DNA of 64,000 nucleotides from Fimbriiglobus sp. (lineage in GTDB: Bacteria > Planctomycetota > Planctomycetia > Gemmatales > Gemmataceae): contig JBOFPH010000075.1 of assembly GCA_051659845.1 (NCBI GenBank), positions 97,994-161,993 of the forward strand. The letters are read 5' to 3'. A program made the translations under genes and the position numbers. Below the pieces are notes generated by a model. The model did no database searches, was not told the origin of the DNA, and saw only the letters and a list, made by a program, of their open reading frames with translations. This document shows, piece after piece, positions 8,955-18,713 of the stretch (positions are counted from its first letter, which is position 1; each line of letters starts with the position of its first letter).

Positions 8955-10418
8955 TTACTCCTTCTTCGGCGGCAGGTTCTTTTGCCAGCCTGCTTTCAAC
9001 TGCTTGGCCAGGCTTTCGAGTGTGGCCTTCTGGTGAGCATCTGTGGCCAAGTTCTTGGTTTCTGTCGGGTCGGTCTGGAGGTCATAGAGTTCCTGGGCGA
9101 CGATGGCTCCACCTTGGCGTTTCTGCCACTCGACATAGCGGTACCGTTCGGTTCGCAGGGCGTAGCCCATCAATGGGCCCGTGTCGGGCGTCGAACGTGG
9201 GTATTGGCTGAAGGCACCGGGTTTCCAAGGTTGGGTGGGATCATCCAAGAGTGGTGCGAAGCTCGTTCCTTCAAGGTGCTTTGGCAACGGTAAACCACAA
9301 AGCTCCGCGAGTGTTGGGTACATGTCCACGAACTCGAGCAGCTTCTCGCAACTCTTCCCACTGACCTTTTGCTTCGGATGGCTCATCAGCAGTGCGGCTC
9401 GAGTGGCTTGTTCGTAGTTGGTGTGTTTGCACCAAATGCCATGATCGCCGAGGTGCCAGCCGTGATCGCCCCACAGGATGACGATGGTGTTCTCAGCGAA
9501 CCCAGTGTCTTTGAGTCCGGCGAGAACCCTTCCCAGTTGGGCATCCATGTAGCTCGTCGAAGCATAGTAAGCGTGGATCAGCTTCTGAGCCGTTTCGGGT
9601 GGGATCGGGCCAGACTTCGGAATCTGCGTGTAGCCCCGCAGCTCGCCGCCAAATTGGGGGGCAAACTTGGGTGCTCCTTCGGGCGGAAAGGCAGGAGACG
9701 GGGCTGCGAACTTCTTCGGATCATGCAGATCCCAATACTTCTTGGGAGCCACAAACGGCAAATGCGGTTTGGCAAAGCCCACCGCAAGGAAGAACGGCTC
9801 CGTTTGGCCGACACGGGATTTCAGAATCTCAACGGCTCGGTTGGCGATCGCGCCATCGTTGAGAAAATCGTCCTCGACCTCCGGAGCTTCGAACGGCAAC
9901 CCGCGAACGCGGCCTTCGTCTTCACCGGCGGCTTTGGCCTTGGCTCTCAAATCGGCGATCACCTTGAGGCCTTCTGGCCCGAAGTTCTTGCCCTTTCCCG
10001 GTTCCCATGGGAGGCTCCAACTTGGCTTATCGTCGTAGCCTGGATGGAAGATCTTCCCGACGGCTTGGGAGTGGTAGCCATTCTGTTTGAAGTGTTGTGG
10101 GATCGTGACGACATCTGGGATGGCTTTGCGGAAGTGAGTGACGAGGTCGTACACCTTGGTGGTGTCGGGTCGGCAACCCGTGAGCACCGACGACCGTGAT
10201 GGACTGCAGACCGCCTGCTGACAATAAGCCCGAGTAAAAGCGGTGCCACGTTTGGCGAGGGCATCCATGTTGGGGGTGATCGCCAGCGGATCGCCCGAGC
10301 AGCCGACGTTCGGTTTCAGATCATCGACGGCGACGAAGAGCACATTCCACTTCTTCGGCTCGGCCGCCGAGAGTGCCAACGAAACCCAGAGTCCACAAAG
10401 ACCCAGCATCCACTTCAT
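8955..10418 (-). CDS. Secreted sulfatase (formylglycine-dependent, Cys-type)
   Basis: Signal peptide MKWMLGLCGLWVSLALSA. Sulfatase signature C-x-P-S-R (CSPSRSSVLTG) after VLFVAVDDL; later GDHG…WCKHT. Start at internal Met 10418; the ORF extends to 10499. Confidence 0.85.
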   Translation of the reverse strand: MKWMLGLCGLWVSLALSAAEPKKWNVLFVAVDDLKPNVGCSGDPLAITPNMDALAKRGTAFTRAYCQQAVCSPSRSSVLTGCRPDTTKVYDLVTHFRKAIPDVVTIPQHFKQNGYHSQAVGKIFHPGYDDKPSWSLPWEPGKGKNFGPEGLKVIADLRAKAKAAGEDEGRVRGLPFEAPEVEDDFLNDGAIANRAVEILKSRVGQTEPFFLAVGFAKPHLPFVAPKKYWDLHDPKKFAAPSPAFPPEGAPKFAPQFGGELRGYTQIPKSGPIPPETAQKLIHAYYASTSYMDAQLGRVLAGLKDTGFAENTIVILWGDHGWHLGDHGIWCKHTNYEQATRAALLMSHPKQKVSGKSCEKLLEFVDMYPTLAELCGLPLPKHLEGTSFAPLLDDPTQPWKPGAFSQYPRSTPDTGPLMGYALRTERYRYVEWQKRQGGAIVAQELYDLQTDPTETKNLATDAHQKATLESLAKQLKAGWQKNLPPKKE

Positions 10419-10484
10419 CACCCACCCCCCCCGGAGAAAAGAGGCCAACTCGAGTAGTTTAGTGTTACAAACGCGGGACAGGAT

Positions 10485-10496
10485 GTGAGGTATAAT
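10485..10496 (+). promoter_or_regulatory. Candidate promoter -10 element GTGAGGTATAAT, 38 nt upstream of the LRR gene
   Basis: TATAAT hexamer in a GC-rich genome, with a TTACAA-like -35 about 20 nt upstream. The identical 12-mer recurs at 52427-52438. Confidence 0.35.
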
Positions 10497-10533
10497 CAAA
10501 CCGTAGAATCAGTCACTGAATTGGAGGCTTGCT

Positions 10534-11193
10534 GTGCGTGGAGTTTTGTTGCTGTTGGCGATGGCGATCGGTCTCCAAGCGCAAGCGCGGGATGACGATG
10601 CGGAGACGGTCGCCCGGATCAAGAAACTCGGCGGGGAAGCGATCGTCGATAGCCAATTGGAAGCTGGCGCCCAGGTGAATGCGACGTTTCCCCTCGCCAC
10701 GGATGCCATCCTTACAACAGTCGCCAAGATGCCGGCTGTGGGATCTATCACAATCGAGGATGCGTCCAAGATCACCGAGCGTGGCTTTGGCTTCTTGCGT
10801 GAGCTGCCGAACCTGCAAAAACTCAAACTCACCCGAGGCCTACTTGGTGAAAAAAGCGGAGCTGCGATCTCGAATCTTCGGCACGTCTCGGAGCTGTACC
10901 TGGGCGAATGCCGAACTAACGAGACGACCTTCTCTCAGTTCAAGAAGTTGAAAGAGCTGAAGTCCTTGGATCTTTTTGATACCCGCGTCACAGATAAGAG
11001 TTTGGTCTTTCTCGCGGAGTTACCGAAGGTGACGAATCTCAATGTGTCTGGTAGCCCAATCACAGACAAAGGACTTCTGGAACTCAAAGACACCAAGACC
11101 TTGAAGATCGTCAAGGCCACACGCACGAACATTACCGCGGCAGGAGCGAAAGCCCTGGAAGAGGCGATCCCTGGGTTAGCGGTCCGCCAGTGA
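10534..11193 (+). CDS. Secreted leucine-rich-repeat protein
   Basis: Signal peptide MRGVLLLLAMAIGLQAQA, then LxxLxLxxN-type repeats (LPNLQKLKLTRG…, LKELKSLDLFDTRVTD…, LPKVTNLNVSGSPITD…). Confidence 0.6.
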   Translation: MRGVLLLLAMAIGLQAQARDDDAETVARIKKLGGEAIVDSQLEAGAQVNATFPLATDAILTTVAKMPAVGSITIEDASKITERGFGFLRELPNLQKLKLTRGLLGEKSGAAISNLRHVSELYLGECRTNETTFSQFKKLKELKSLDLFDTRVTDKSLVFLAELPKVTNLNVSGSPITDKGLLELKDTKTLKIVKATRTNITAAGAKALEEAIPGLAVRQ

Positions 11194-11194
11194 G

Positions 11195-12250
11195 TTACCC
11201 CTTGAGTGTCTGCAACTGGTCAAGCACGCGCTGGGCCTTTCCGGAATGCAGGCTTTCCTGGGCGAGTTTGACCCCCTCCGCGAGGTTCTTGGCTTGCCCG
11301 GCGACGTAGAGTGCCGCGGCCGCGTTGGCAATCGTGACCCGGCTTGCGGGACTTTCTTGACCACTCAACACATCTCGGATCGTCTCGGCGCTGGTGGTGG
11401 CGTTCGTGGTGTGAATCTGCTCGATCTTCACTTCGCCCAGGCCAAACATCTCTGGCGTCCAGGTCTCGGAGCGAATCTTTTCCCCCTCGACGACACGGAC
11501 GATCGTGTTGGCTCCTAAGCTCACTTCATCGAGGCCATCTTCGCTCCAGACCACGAAGGCTCGACGAATGCCAATCCGAGCGATGGCTTCGGAGAGCGTG
11601 TCCAACAAGGACATCTTGCCGACGCCGAGGAGTTGGTAGTCCGCCATCGCTGGGTTCGCGAGTGGACCGAGGAGGTTGAACATGGTCCGGACGCCGAGCT
11701 TGCGACGCAGCTTGGCGACATGGCTCATGCCACCGTGGAAGTGCGGAGCGTAACAGAAGGCAAAGCCGATGCGGTCGAGGCACTTCTGAGACCACTCTGG
11801 CCCGGCTTCGATGTTGACGCCCAGTTCGCGAAGCACATCGGAGGAACCGGACTTACTGGAGACAGCTCGATTGCCATGTTTGACGACCGGCACTCCTGCG
11901 CCAGCCGTCAGGAAAGCCGCCGCGGTGCTGATGTTGAACGTCCCCGCATCGTCGCCACCCGTGCCACAGGTATCGACCACTGGCCCGCTGACAGCGACCA
12001 GCCGAAGCATCTGTTCTCGCAGTGCCATCGCACCTGCGGCAATCTCCGCCGACGACTCCCCTTTGACCCGCAGTGCCGTCAGGAATGCGGCAGCGAGTGT
12101 GTCCTCAACCCGGCCAGCGAGCAAGTCCCGGAAGGCTTCCGTCACGCGACCTGCATCGAGGTTTTGCCGCTCCAACAACAACGGGAAGAGATCGTTAAAC
12201 CAGACCGGCCTTGGTAATTCCACAACCCACCTCACGCGAAACACTTCCAT
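11195..12250 (-). CDS. trpD: Anthranilate phosphoribosyltransferase
   Basis: Motifs GTGGDDAGTFNISTAAAF…KHGNRAVSSKSGSSDVLRELGV. No other trp genes adjacent. Confidence 0.9.
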   Translation of the reverse strand: MEVFRVRWVVELPRPVWFNDLFPLLLERQNLDAGRVTEAFRDLLAGRVEDTLAAAFLTALRVKGESSAEIAAGAMALREQMLRLVAVSGPVVDTCGTGGDDAGTFNISTAAAFLTAGAGVPVVKHGNRAVSSKSGSSDVLRELGVNIEAGPEWSQKCLDRIGFAFCYAPHFHGGMSHVAKLRRKLGVRTMFNLLGPLANPAMADYQLLGVGKMSLLDTLSEAIARIGIRRAFVVWSEDGLDEVSLGANTIVRVVEGEKIRSETWTPEMFGLGEVKIEQIHTTNATTSAETIRDVLSGQESPASRVTIANAAAALYVAGQAKNLAEGVKLAQESLHSGKAQRVLDQLQTLKG

Positions 12251-12319
12251 TCAAGATACTTCCTGGCTCCCGAGTGGCCAACTCCGTCCGTTGCCCCGTC
12301 GAGCTTGTACACTGAAGGG

Positions 12320-13258
12320 ATGAGTATTGCGGTGAGTTGCCCTCGATGCGGGGGCCAAAGTCGAGTGGCGCCGGAATCCCTCGGTGGGTGGGTGAGTTGC
12401 CCCCATTGTCGGCAGCCTTTCCAGGCAAAACCCCCGGCTCCTCCGGTGCCAACCATCTACCCCCGTCGGGCTGCTCAGCCAGCGCTCGATCATCATGAGC
12501 CAGTCGCGCCGAATGCGATCCTCGTGGCGTTTTCGCTGTCGCCTTTGGGCATTCCGTTTCTCTGGTTGATCTTGCCGCTGATCACCAAAAAAGAGCCACT
12601 CTTCACCTTTGCCGCTCCGACGGCGATGGCACTTGGCCTCGTCGGGTTGTGCCTCGGGGTCACCCACGCCGCGAACTGGACCACCGGCACCCGGTTGCGA
12701 GCGATCATCATGCTCTCGCTGATGGGCTATGGCACGGCCTCGTTCTTGCTCTTCATGAAGCGCGAATGGGCCGTGGCGGTGGCGAAACGGATGCTGCCAC
12801 CACAGGTGAACTGGAAAAACTTTGAACCGGAGAACCAAGCCTATAAAGTCCGGTTACCTGGCACCCCGACACCGCGAAACGTCAGTCCGTTGCCAGGCTG
12901 GGAGTTGAAGACTTACGCTTACGAATCCCCCGATGCCGTGACGCTGGAACTCGTCATCGCGGAGGGTTCGCCTCCCGAAAGTTTTCAATCGCTGAAGACA
13001 GACGATGAGTGGTTCGGGGCCGTGCGAGAGGAGATCACGAAGATTGGCACCATCACCGAAGAGATACCGACGAGCCATCAAGCCTACGCTGCCCGGGTTT
13101 ATTATTTGCAACTTCCAGAAGGCAATAAACGCCGCATCATCCGGGTCATCCGGACCAAGAAACTAGCCATCTACCAGAGCCTCGAACGGGCCTTCTTGGC
13201 CGCGAACACCCGTGATCAAGCGGAGTTCTTCGACAAGCTCACCATCGCCAAGAGGTAA
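12320..13258 (+). CDS. Membrane protein with N-terminal double-CxxC zinc ribbon
   Basis: SCPRCGG…CPHC zinc ribbon, two to three TM helices, and a C-terminal soluble domain. Start ATG 12320 follows a GAAGGGA RBS. Confidence 0.5.
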   Translation: MSIAVSCPRCGGQSRVAPESLGGWVSCPHCRQPFQAKPPAPPVPTIYPRRAAQPALDHHEPVAPNAILVAFSLSPLGIPFLWLILPLITKKEPLFTFAAPTAMALGLVGLCLGVTHAANWTTGTRLRAIIMLSLMGYGTASFLLFMKREWAVAVAKRMLPPQVNWKNFEPENQAYKVRLPGTPTPRNVSPLPGWELKTYAYESPDAVTLELVIAEGSPPESFQSLKTDDEWFGAVREEITKIGTITEEIPTSHQAYAARVYYLQLPEGNKRRIIRVIRTKKLAIYQSLERAFLAANTRDQAEFFDKLTIAKR

Positions 13259-13264
13259 GCCGCG

Positions 13265-13771
13265 ATGGAGAATCGCCAGCCGATCCCGTGGCCGCAAATC
13301 TGGTGGACCAATTGGTACATGCGGCTCGCCGTGGGCTGGGCCATCGGCACGATTTTGCGGCTGGTGTTTGGCGTCATTTACTTCCCGGTGCTTTTCCAGA
13401 TCCTCATCCGCCCGACACTCTTCCCACCATGGCTGAATTGGCTTTATGTTAACGTTTTGTTTTGGGGGCTGATGACGGCCAACCATGCCTTCCCGGTAGC
13501 CGGTGCGATGGCAGCCGCGATGGCTCGGCCGACCACAAAGCGAGCGTTGTATCGCGTGATCTTGCTTGGCATACTGGCGAGTGTTCTGGTTTCTCTTGCA
13601 TTCGGATACTTCGGGTATCAGCTCTTCGCCAAGCAGCTCAAGTGGTGCTGGGATTGCGATTCGCGTGGGCCGTATCTCATCGGCATCATCTCGGGCCTGT
13701 TCGCCGGTTCGATCGTGGGGCAACTCTCACGACGCCAATGGCGACGGCACGACGAGGACGACGAAGGCTGA
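13265..13771 (+). CDS. Small integral membrane protein (about 4 TM), hypothetical
   Basis: Trp/Leu-rich hydrophobic segments. Sits 7 nt after the upstream gene, so likely co-transcribed. Confidence 0.45.
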   Translation: MENRQPIPWPQIWWTNWYMRLAVGWAIGTILRLVFGVIYFPVLFQILIRPTLFPPWLNWLYVNVLFWGLMTANHAFPVAGAMAAAMARPTTKRALYRVILLGILASVLVSLAFGYFGYQLFAKQLKWCWDCDSRGPYLIGIISGLFAGSIVGQLSRRQWRRHDEDDEG

Positions 13772-13878
13772 GTCTCATGCAGATTTCGCTTGCCAAGTGA
13801 GAGGGAGCGCGCTAGGTTGATTTTGGCCTGATGAACAGGTCTTCTAACGTATCCACATGAGAGGCGGAGGCCCAAGCC

Positions 13879-15396
13879 TTGCCGACCCCGCCAACCACCA
13901 TCGCTGACTACTGTGCCCTGGTCGTCAAGAGTAAACTCTTGAACGCAGTGGATGTGCAAGCGTTCCTCAAGTCTTGGCGAGCCGAAAACCCCAATTCTGA
14001 AACCGAAATCGATGGGTTCCGTAAAGCCATCACCATCAAGAAACTCCTGACCAACTACCAAGCCACACTGATTGCCCGTGGTCACACCGAAGGCTTCAGC
14101 CTGGGGCCATACACGATTCTGGATCGCATCGGGAAGGGCCAATCCGCGGGCGTTTACAAAGCCAAGCACCATTCCGGCCAAGTCATCGCGCTCAAGATCT
14201 TGCCTGGTTCCAAAGTCAAAGATGAGAAGGCTTACAGCCGCTTCCAACGCGAAGCCCGGCTGATGATGCAGTTCAACCACCCCAACGTCGTGCGGGCTTA
14301 TCAAGAGGGCCGTGCAGGTAGTGTGGCCTTCATCGTCATGGATTTCATCGATGGCGAGACCCTCGCGGAAGTCCTCGATTCACGACTGACCTTGCGACCA
14401 TCGGAAGCCGTGCGGCTGATCACACAAGCCTTCGCAGGCCTGCAGCACCTCCATGAAAAGAACATCGTCCACCGGGATTTGAAGCCCGCGAACATGATGC
14501 TCACCGGCTACACTGAAGACAGCACCGAAGCGGCGACGCTCAAGATTCTCGATGTCGGCATCAGTCGAGAGCGGATCGATGAGGAGTTTCCCAAAGCCCG
14601 GGACATTCAACTCACTACGGAAGGCACGATCCTCGGCACGCCCGATTACCTGGCCCCTGAGCAGGCCCGCGACCCCCGCAACGCGGACATCCGCTCGGAT
14701 ATCTACAGCCTGGGCTGCGTGCTGTACCACATGATCTGCGGTCGGCCACCGTTCGAAGAATTGAACGTCATGGCCCAGATGGTGAAACATGCCACGGCTC
14801 AGCCGTTGCCACTTTCTAAGTTCGCCAAAGACGTGCCGTTGGGTCTGCAGGAAGTCCTGAACAAGATCCTCGCCAAGAAGCCTGAAGACCGCTACCCGAC
14901 GCCCGAAACCGCGGCCAAGGCGTTGGCTCCGTTCCTGCCCGTTGACGACCAAGGCTCGATGGCCTCGGACATGCTCCCCACCTTCAAGGCCTGGCTCGAA
15001 ACAGAAGCCAACATGGAGATGCCAGCGGAACTGAAGAAGCCGCTCGCCTCGGGCACGGGCACGGATGTCTTGCTACCCAACCTGGCTGAGGTGGAGGCCA
15101 AAGCGAGCCGCCGGGTGCGAGGTGGTACGACCGCGCCGATCCCATCGCTGCAAGACCCCAACCCGGCGATGGTCGATGTGAACGTTGAACTCGTCCCCTG
15201 GCCACCACCAGCACCCGCAGCAGTCCCCGTCGCTCAGGAACCCCGTTCGCTCTTGGACCCTGATCGTCGGGATTTCCTCATGCTCGGCTTCGGTGCTGGC
15301 GGGGTCATCTTCGCTGGCGCACTCGGCCTGGGTCTGGCTCGCTTGCTTCGGACGCCGAAAGAACCCCCCAAAGACGACACGGCACCCACGTCATGA
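13879..15396 (+). CDS. Ser/Thr protein kinase with Pro-rich linker and C-terminal TM anchor
   Basis: Hanks kinase motifs: GKGQSAGVYKA…VIALKIL (VAIK-like), HRDLKPANMML, DVGIS, GTPDYLAPE. C-terminal TM FLMLGFGAGGVIFAGALGLGLARLL. Confidence 0.9.
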   Translation: MPTPPTTIADYCALVVKSKLLNAVDVQAFLKSWRAENPNSETEIDGFRKAITIKKLLTNYQATLIARGHTEGFSLGPYTILDRIGKGQSAGVYKAKHHSGQVIALKILPGSKVKDEKAYSRFQREARLMMQFNHPNVVRAYQEGRAGSVAFIVMDFIDGETLAEVLDSRLTLRPSEAVRLITQAFAGLQHLHEKNIVHRDLKPANMMLTGYTEDSTEAATLKILDVGISRERIDEEFPKARDIQLTTEGTILGTPDYLAPEQARDPRNADIRSDIYSLGCVLYHMICGRPPFEELNVMAQMVKHATAQPLPLSKFAKDVPLGLQEVLNKILAKKPEDRYPTPETAAKALAPFLPVDDQGSMASDMLPTFKAWLETEANMEMPAELKKPLASGTGTDVLLPNLAEVEAKASRRVRGGTTAPIPSLQDPNPAMVDVNVELVPWPPPAPAAVPVAQEPRSLLDPDRRDFLMLGFGAGGVIFAGALGLGLARLLRTPKEPPKDDTAPTS

Positions 15397-16244
15397 CCAC
15401 CCTGGCGGATTCGTACGCCTACGCCCACCAAGTGACTCGGCAGGCGAAGTCTTCGTTTCCACTGGCCTTTCGCCTCTTGCCCAAGCCCAAGCGTCAGGCG
15501 ATGACCGTCCTGTATGCCTACATGCGGCTCACCGATGACCTTGCCGACGGGGACGCCCCCGACAAACCCCAAGCCTTACTGCAATGGCGAGAGCAACTCC
15601 GCGGCTGTGTTCTGGGCCAACATTCGCACCCACTCCACCCCGCACTTGACGAGACGTTGAAGCGTTACGAAATCCAAGTGAAATACCTTGAAGAGGTGAT
15701 CTGCGGCATGGAGATGGACCTCATCCATGCGACCTATCCAACCTTCGACGAGTTGAGGCTGTATCTCTACCGCGTCGCCTCGGTGGTGGGGTTGGCGTGC
15801 ATTCCCATCTGGGGTCTCAAACCAGGCTTCACGTGGGCCGAGGTCGAGCCACCCGCGATCCTGGCTGGGTATGCCTTTCAGATGACGAACATCCTCCGAG
15901 ACATCCCCGAGGACACCGCTAAAGGCCGCATCTACCTCCCACAAGACGAACTGCAGACGTACCGAATTCGCCCACCGGACTGGCTCAAGAACCCCAAAGC
16001 CTACCGCGATTTCATGCAATTCCAGGCCGATCGAGCAAGGCAGTTCTACTCGCAAAGCCAGGCTTTGGTGCCGCTCCTGAGCCACGATGGCCGAGCGATC
16101 TTCGGCGCGATGTCGATGATGTACGCCGGGCTTCTGCAACGAGTGGTTGACCAAGATTACGACGTGTTTACAAGGCGTCCGCGTCTCTCGAAACTCCGCA
16201 AGGCCCGCATCCTCTTCCAAGCCTGGCGCCGGAAGCGGGGGTGA
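15393..16244 (+). CDS. Squalene/phytoene synthase family protein (HpnD/CrtB-like)
   Basis: …AFRLLPKPKRQAMTVLYAYMRLTDDLADG… matches the first Asp-rich motif of trans-isoprenyl diphosphate synthase head-to-head enzymes. The second motif lies near …NILRDIPEDTAKGRIYLPQDEL. Start overlaps the kinase stop (ATGA). Confidence 0.75.
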   Translation: MTTLADSYAYAHQVTRQAKSSFPLAFRLLPKPKRQAMTVLYAYMRLTDDLADGDAPDKPQALLQWREQLRGCVLGQHSHPLHPALDETLKRYEIQVKYLEEVICGMEMDLIHATYPTFDELRLYLYRVASVVGLACIPIWGLKPGFTWAEVEPPAILAGYAFQMTNILRDIPEDTAKGRIYLPQDELQTYRIRPPDWLKNPKAYRDFMQFQADRARQFYSQSQALVPLLSHDGRAIFGAMSMMYAGLLQRVVDQDYDVFTRRPRLSKLRKARILFQAWRRKRG

Positions 16245-16249
16245 TGGAA

Positions 16250-17332
16250 TCACTCGGCTCCCAAACGGGTAGCCTCTTTGGCGATGTACTCTCGGAAAGC
16301 ATCGTTCTTCCCCTTCGCGGCCTCACGTGCTTGGAGTGCGTACTCTTTGGCTTTGAATTTGTTTCCACTCAGGAAATGAGCGTCGGCTAAATCGATGAGG
16401 CTCCCTGCTTCCTTGCCACCATCCATCTTCACCACAGTTTCGGCAGCCCGGACCGAAATTTCGAGCAACTGCTTGGACTCTTTCCCGTCACCACGACGCA
16501 ACAAAGCAGAAATCATTCCGAGCGTCTGAAAGTCCTTGGATTTCGATGCTTTCTCCAGAAGAGCCGTTGCGTAAGTTGCAGCTTCTCCGGATTCGCCATG
16601 CTTGGGGAGGAGGCTCAATTTGATTCGAATCGAGACCAAAAAATCGGTCAGTTTGGAGTGCTTCGCTTCGAAGGCTTTGAGTTCTTGAAGGCTCGTCTTA
16701 GGTTCCCGAAAGATCTTAGCGGAGATCGTACGGAACTCGTCTTCGATTTTCCCGATCTCGCTGCCAATCTCGACTGCGGAGAGCGTACCCTCCGTGGCTA
16801 ACGGTAACACCGCAGGTAAGTACATCGGGTGCCCGATGTAGGCGATCTTGCCTTCTCGATCGACCACAAAGGAACATGGGATCCCCTCACGACCCGCCGC
16901 AGACATCCAATTTTTCACCGTGAAATCGTCGTCGGAGTAGGCGAAACGGTAGCCGAATTTCTTTCCTTTACGGCCCATGAACTCGTCCACGCCTTTTTCA
17001 GGGTGATCAGGTTTGCCCAGGATATCCCGAGACGTGAAGCCAATGATCGTGACACCTCTCTCGGCGTATTCCGCTTGGAGCGCTGAGAGATGCGGCATCG
17101 CCCCGATACAAGGCCCGCACCACGTGGCCCAGAACTCGACGACATAGACCTTGCCGGGTTCAAACGTCTTGACCTCATCGCCTTGATACCACTTGCTGAC
17201 CTTCAATGCTGGGGCTGAGTCGCCGATTTTGAGTGTCGGGATTGGTTTGGGCGGAGGATCCTGCTTGTCTTGGGCCATTGTCGGCCAAGCTTGGCCGAGG
17301 ATCGTGAGAGCGAAGAGAAGGGAAGAGAACAT
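16250..17332 (-). CDS. Secreted TlpA/ResA-like thiol-disulfide oxidoreductase with C-terminal helical extension
   Basis: Signal peptide, then thioredoxin fold with WCGPC active site (VVEFWATWCGPCIGAMP). About 150-aa C-terminal tail with TPR-like helices. Confidence 0.75.
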   Translation of the reverse strand: MFSSLLFALTILGQAWPTMAQDKQDPPPKPIPTLKIGDSAPALKVSKWYQGDEVKTFEPGKVYVVEFWATWCGPCIGAMPHLSALQAEYAERGVTIIGFTSRDILGKPDHPEKGVDEFMGRKGKKFGYRFAYSDDDFTVKNWMSAAGREGIPCSFVVDREGKIAYIGHPMYLPAVLPLATEGTLSAVEIGSEIGKIEDEFRTISAKIFREPKTSLQELKAFEAKHSKLTDFLVSIRIKLSLLPKHGESGEAATYATALLEKASKSKDFQTLGMISALLRRGDGKESKQLLEISVRAAETVVKMDGGKEAGSLIDLADAHFLSGNKFKAKEYALQAREAAKGKNDAFREYIAKEATRLGAE

Positions 17333-17408
17333 TCGAAATGCCACAGCGTTCTCCGGAGAAGGGGGAGCAAATAGTCGAAAACAAGCGGTTTTTCAGCGAT
17401 TTCTTGCA

Positions 17409-17431
17409 CCCCTCTCCGTTTCGGAGAGGGG
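17409..17431 (-). terminator. Hairpin (10-bp GC stem, TTTC loop) downstream of prfB
   Basis: cccctctccg-tttc-ggagagggg read directly. Lies between the prfB stop (17468) and the next gene start. Confidence 0.4.
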
Positions 17432-17467
17432 CCGGGGGTGAGGTTGCCTTTCAACTCTAGCAACGCC

Positions 17468-18593
17468 TTACGCCTTCACTGGAGTCGCCTTGTTGCGTTT
17501 GGCGGTGATGTGGCGGAGGTAGGCTTGCATGAACTCGTCGAGTTTGCCGTCGAGTGTCGCGGCGATGGCGGGGGACTTCATCTCGATGCCTTCGCGTTCG
17601 TCACGCACCAGGGTGTATGGTTGCATGACGTACGAGCGGATCTGGGAGCCGAAGGAGATTTCGCCTTTGGCATCGTAACGGCTGGCGATGTCGCCCATCC
17701 GCTTCTGCTCTTCGATGTTGTAAAGCCGGGACTTGAGCAGCGCCAAGGCGTTGGCGTAGTTCTTCGGTTGGCTTCGCTCCGTACGGCTTTCGGCTCGCAC
17801 GCCGGACTTGTGGATCAACCGCACGCCGGATTGCGTCTTGTTCTGGTGCTGCCCACCCGGGCCGCCGGAGCAGAACGTCTGCATTTCCAGCTCTTTTTCG
17901 TTGACCTCGATGACGATGTTGTCATCCAACTCAGGGACAACGTCGACGGCTGCGAAGCTGGTCTGCCGGGTGCCACCGTCGCCGAAGGGGCTGATGCGGA
18001 CGAGGCGATGCACGCCGATCTCGCTCTGCATGTAGCCGTAGGCGTACTCACCGACGAGCTTAAACGAAACGAACATGAGGCCTGCTTCGATGTTCGGTTC
18101 TTCATCAACATCGGCGATGGTGAAGCCATGCTCCGCGGCCCAGCGGACGTACATGCGGTAAAGCATCGCGGTCCAGTCGCAGGCTTCAGTTCCACCAGCG
18201 CCCGGCTTGATCGTGACGATGCAATTGCAGTTGTCTTGCTTGCCGGACATCATCGCCTTGAGTTCGAAGGCTTCGAGCTTCGACTCGGCTTTGATCAGCA
18301 CAGGCTCCATCTCGGCTTCGAAGGAAGCGTCTTCTTCCGAAAGCTCGGCCATGGCGATGATGTCCGCTTCGAGGGCTTTGAGTTCCTCGTAGGGCTTGAG
18401 CATCGCGTTCAGCGATTTGATTTGTTGGATGACGGACTTGGCCTTGTCTGGATTGTCCCAGAAATCGCCTTCAAGTTGTTTGGCTTCGAGTTGGTCACGC
18501 ACGGAGGTCTTACCAGCCGTGTCAAAGTGACCCCCGGAGTTGGGCCAATCTGGCGGTGAGATCGTCGGTACGGCGGCGGAGTTCAGCGTTCAT
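17468..18593 (-). CDS. prfB: Peptide chain release factor 2, expressed via +1 programmed ribosomal frameshift
   Basis: RF2 motifs SPF (RISPFGDGG) and GGQ (GGPGGQHQNKTQSG). The 0-frame start ATG at 18593 encodes MNAELRRRTDDLTARLAQLRGSL, then stop TGA. A +1 shift at CTT TGA C continues DTAGKTSVRDQLEA…, which joins the long ORF 17468..18502. Confidence 0.9.
18521..18527 (-). other. prfB +1 frameshift site CUU UGA C, with an upstream GGGGG Shine-Dalgarno-like stimulator
   Basis: Minus-strand reading …CTC CGG GGG TCA CTT TGA CAC…. In-frame UGA after a Leu codon, preceded by a G-rich element, as in E. coli prfB. Confidence 0.85.
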
Positions 18594-18713
18594 CGTGTTT
18601 CCTAAACAAAAGGCAAAGGTCTCAGCACATTCTTGCACATCACCCCCAGAGGTCAACGGGGTTTTTAGCCTCAAATTGGCCTTGTCCGTCCTGTTGGGAA
18701 AAAGAGCGACTTG

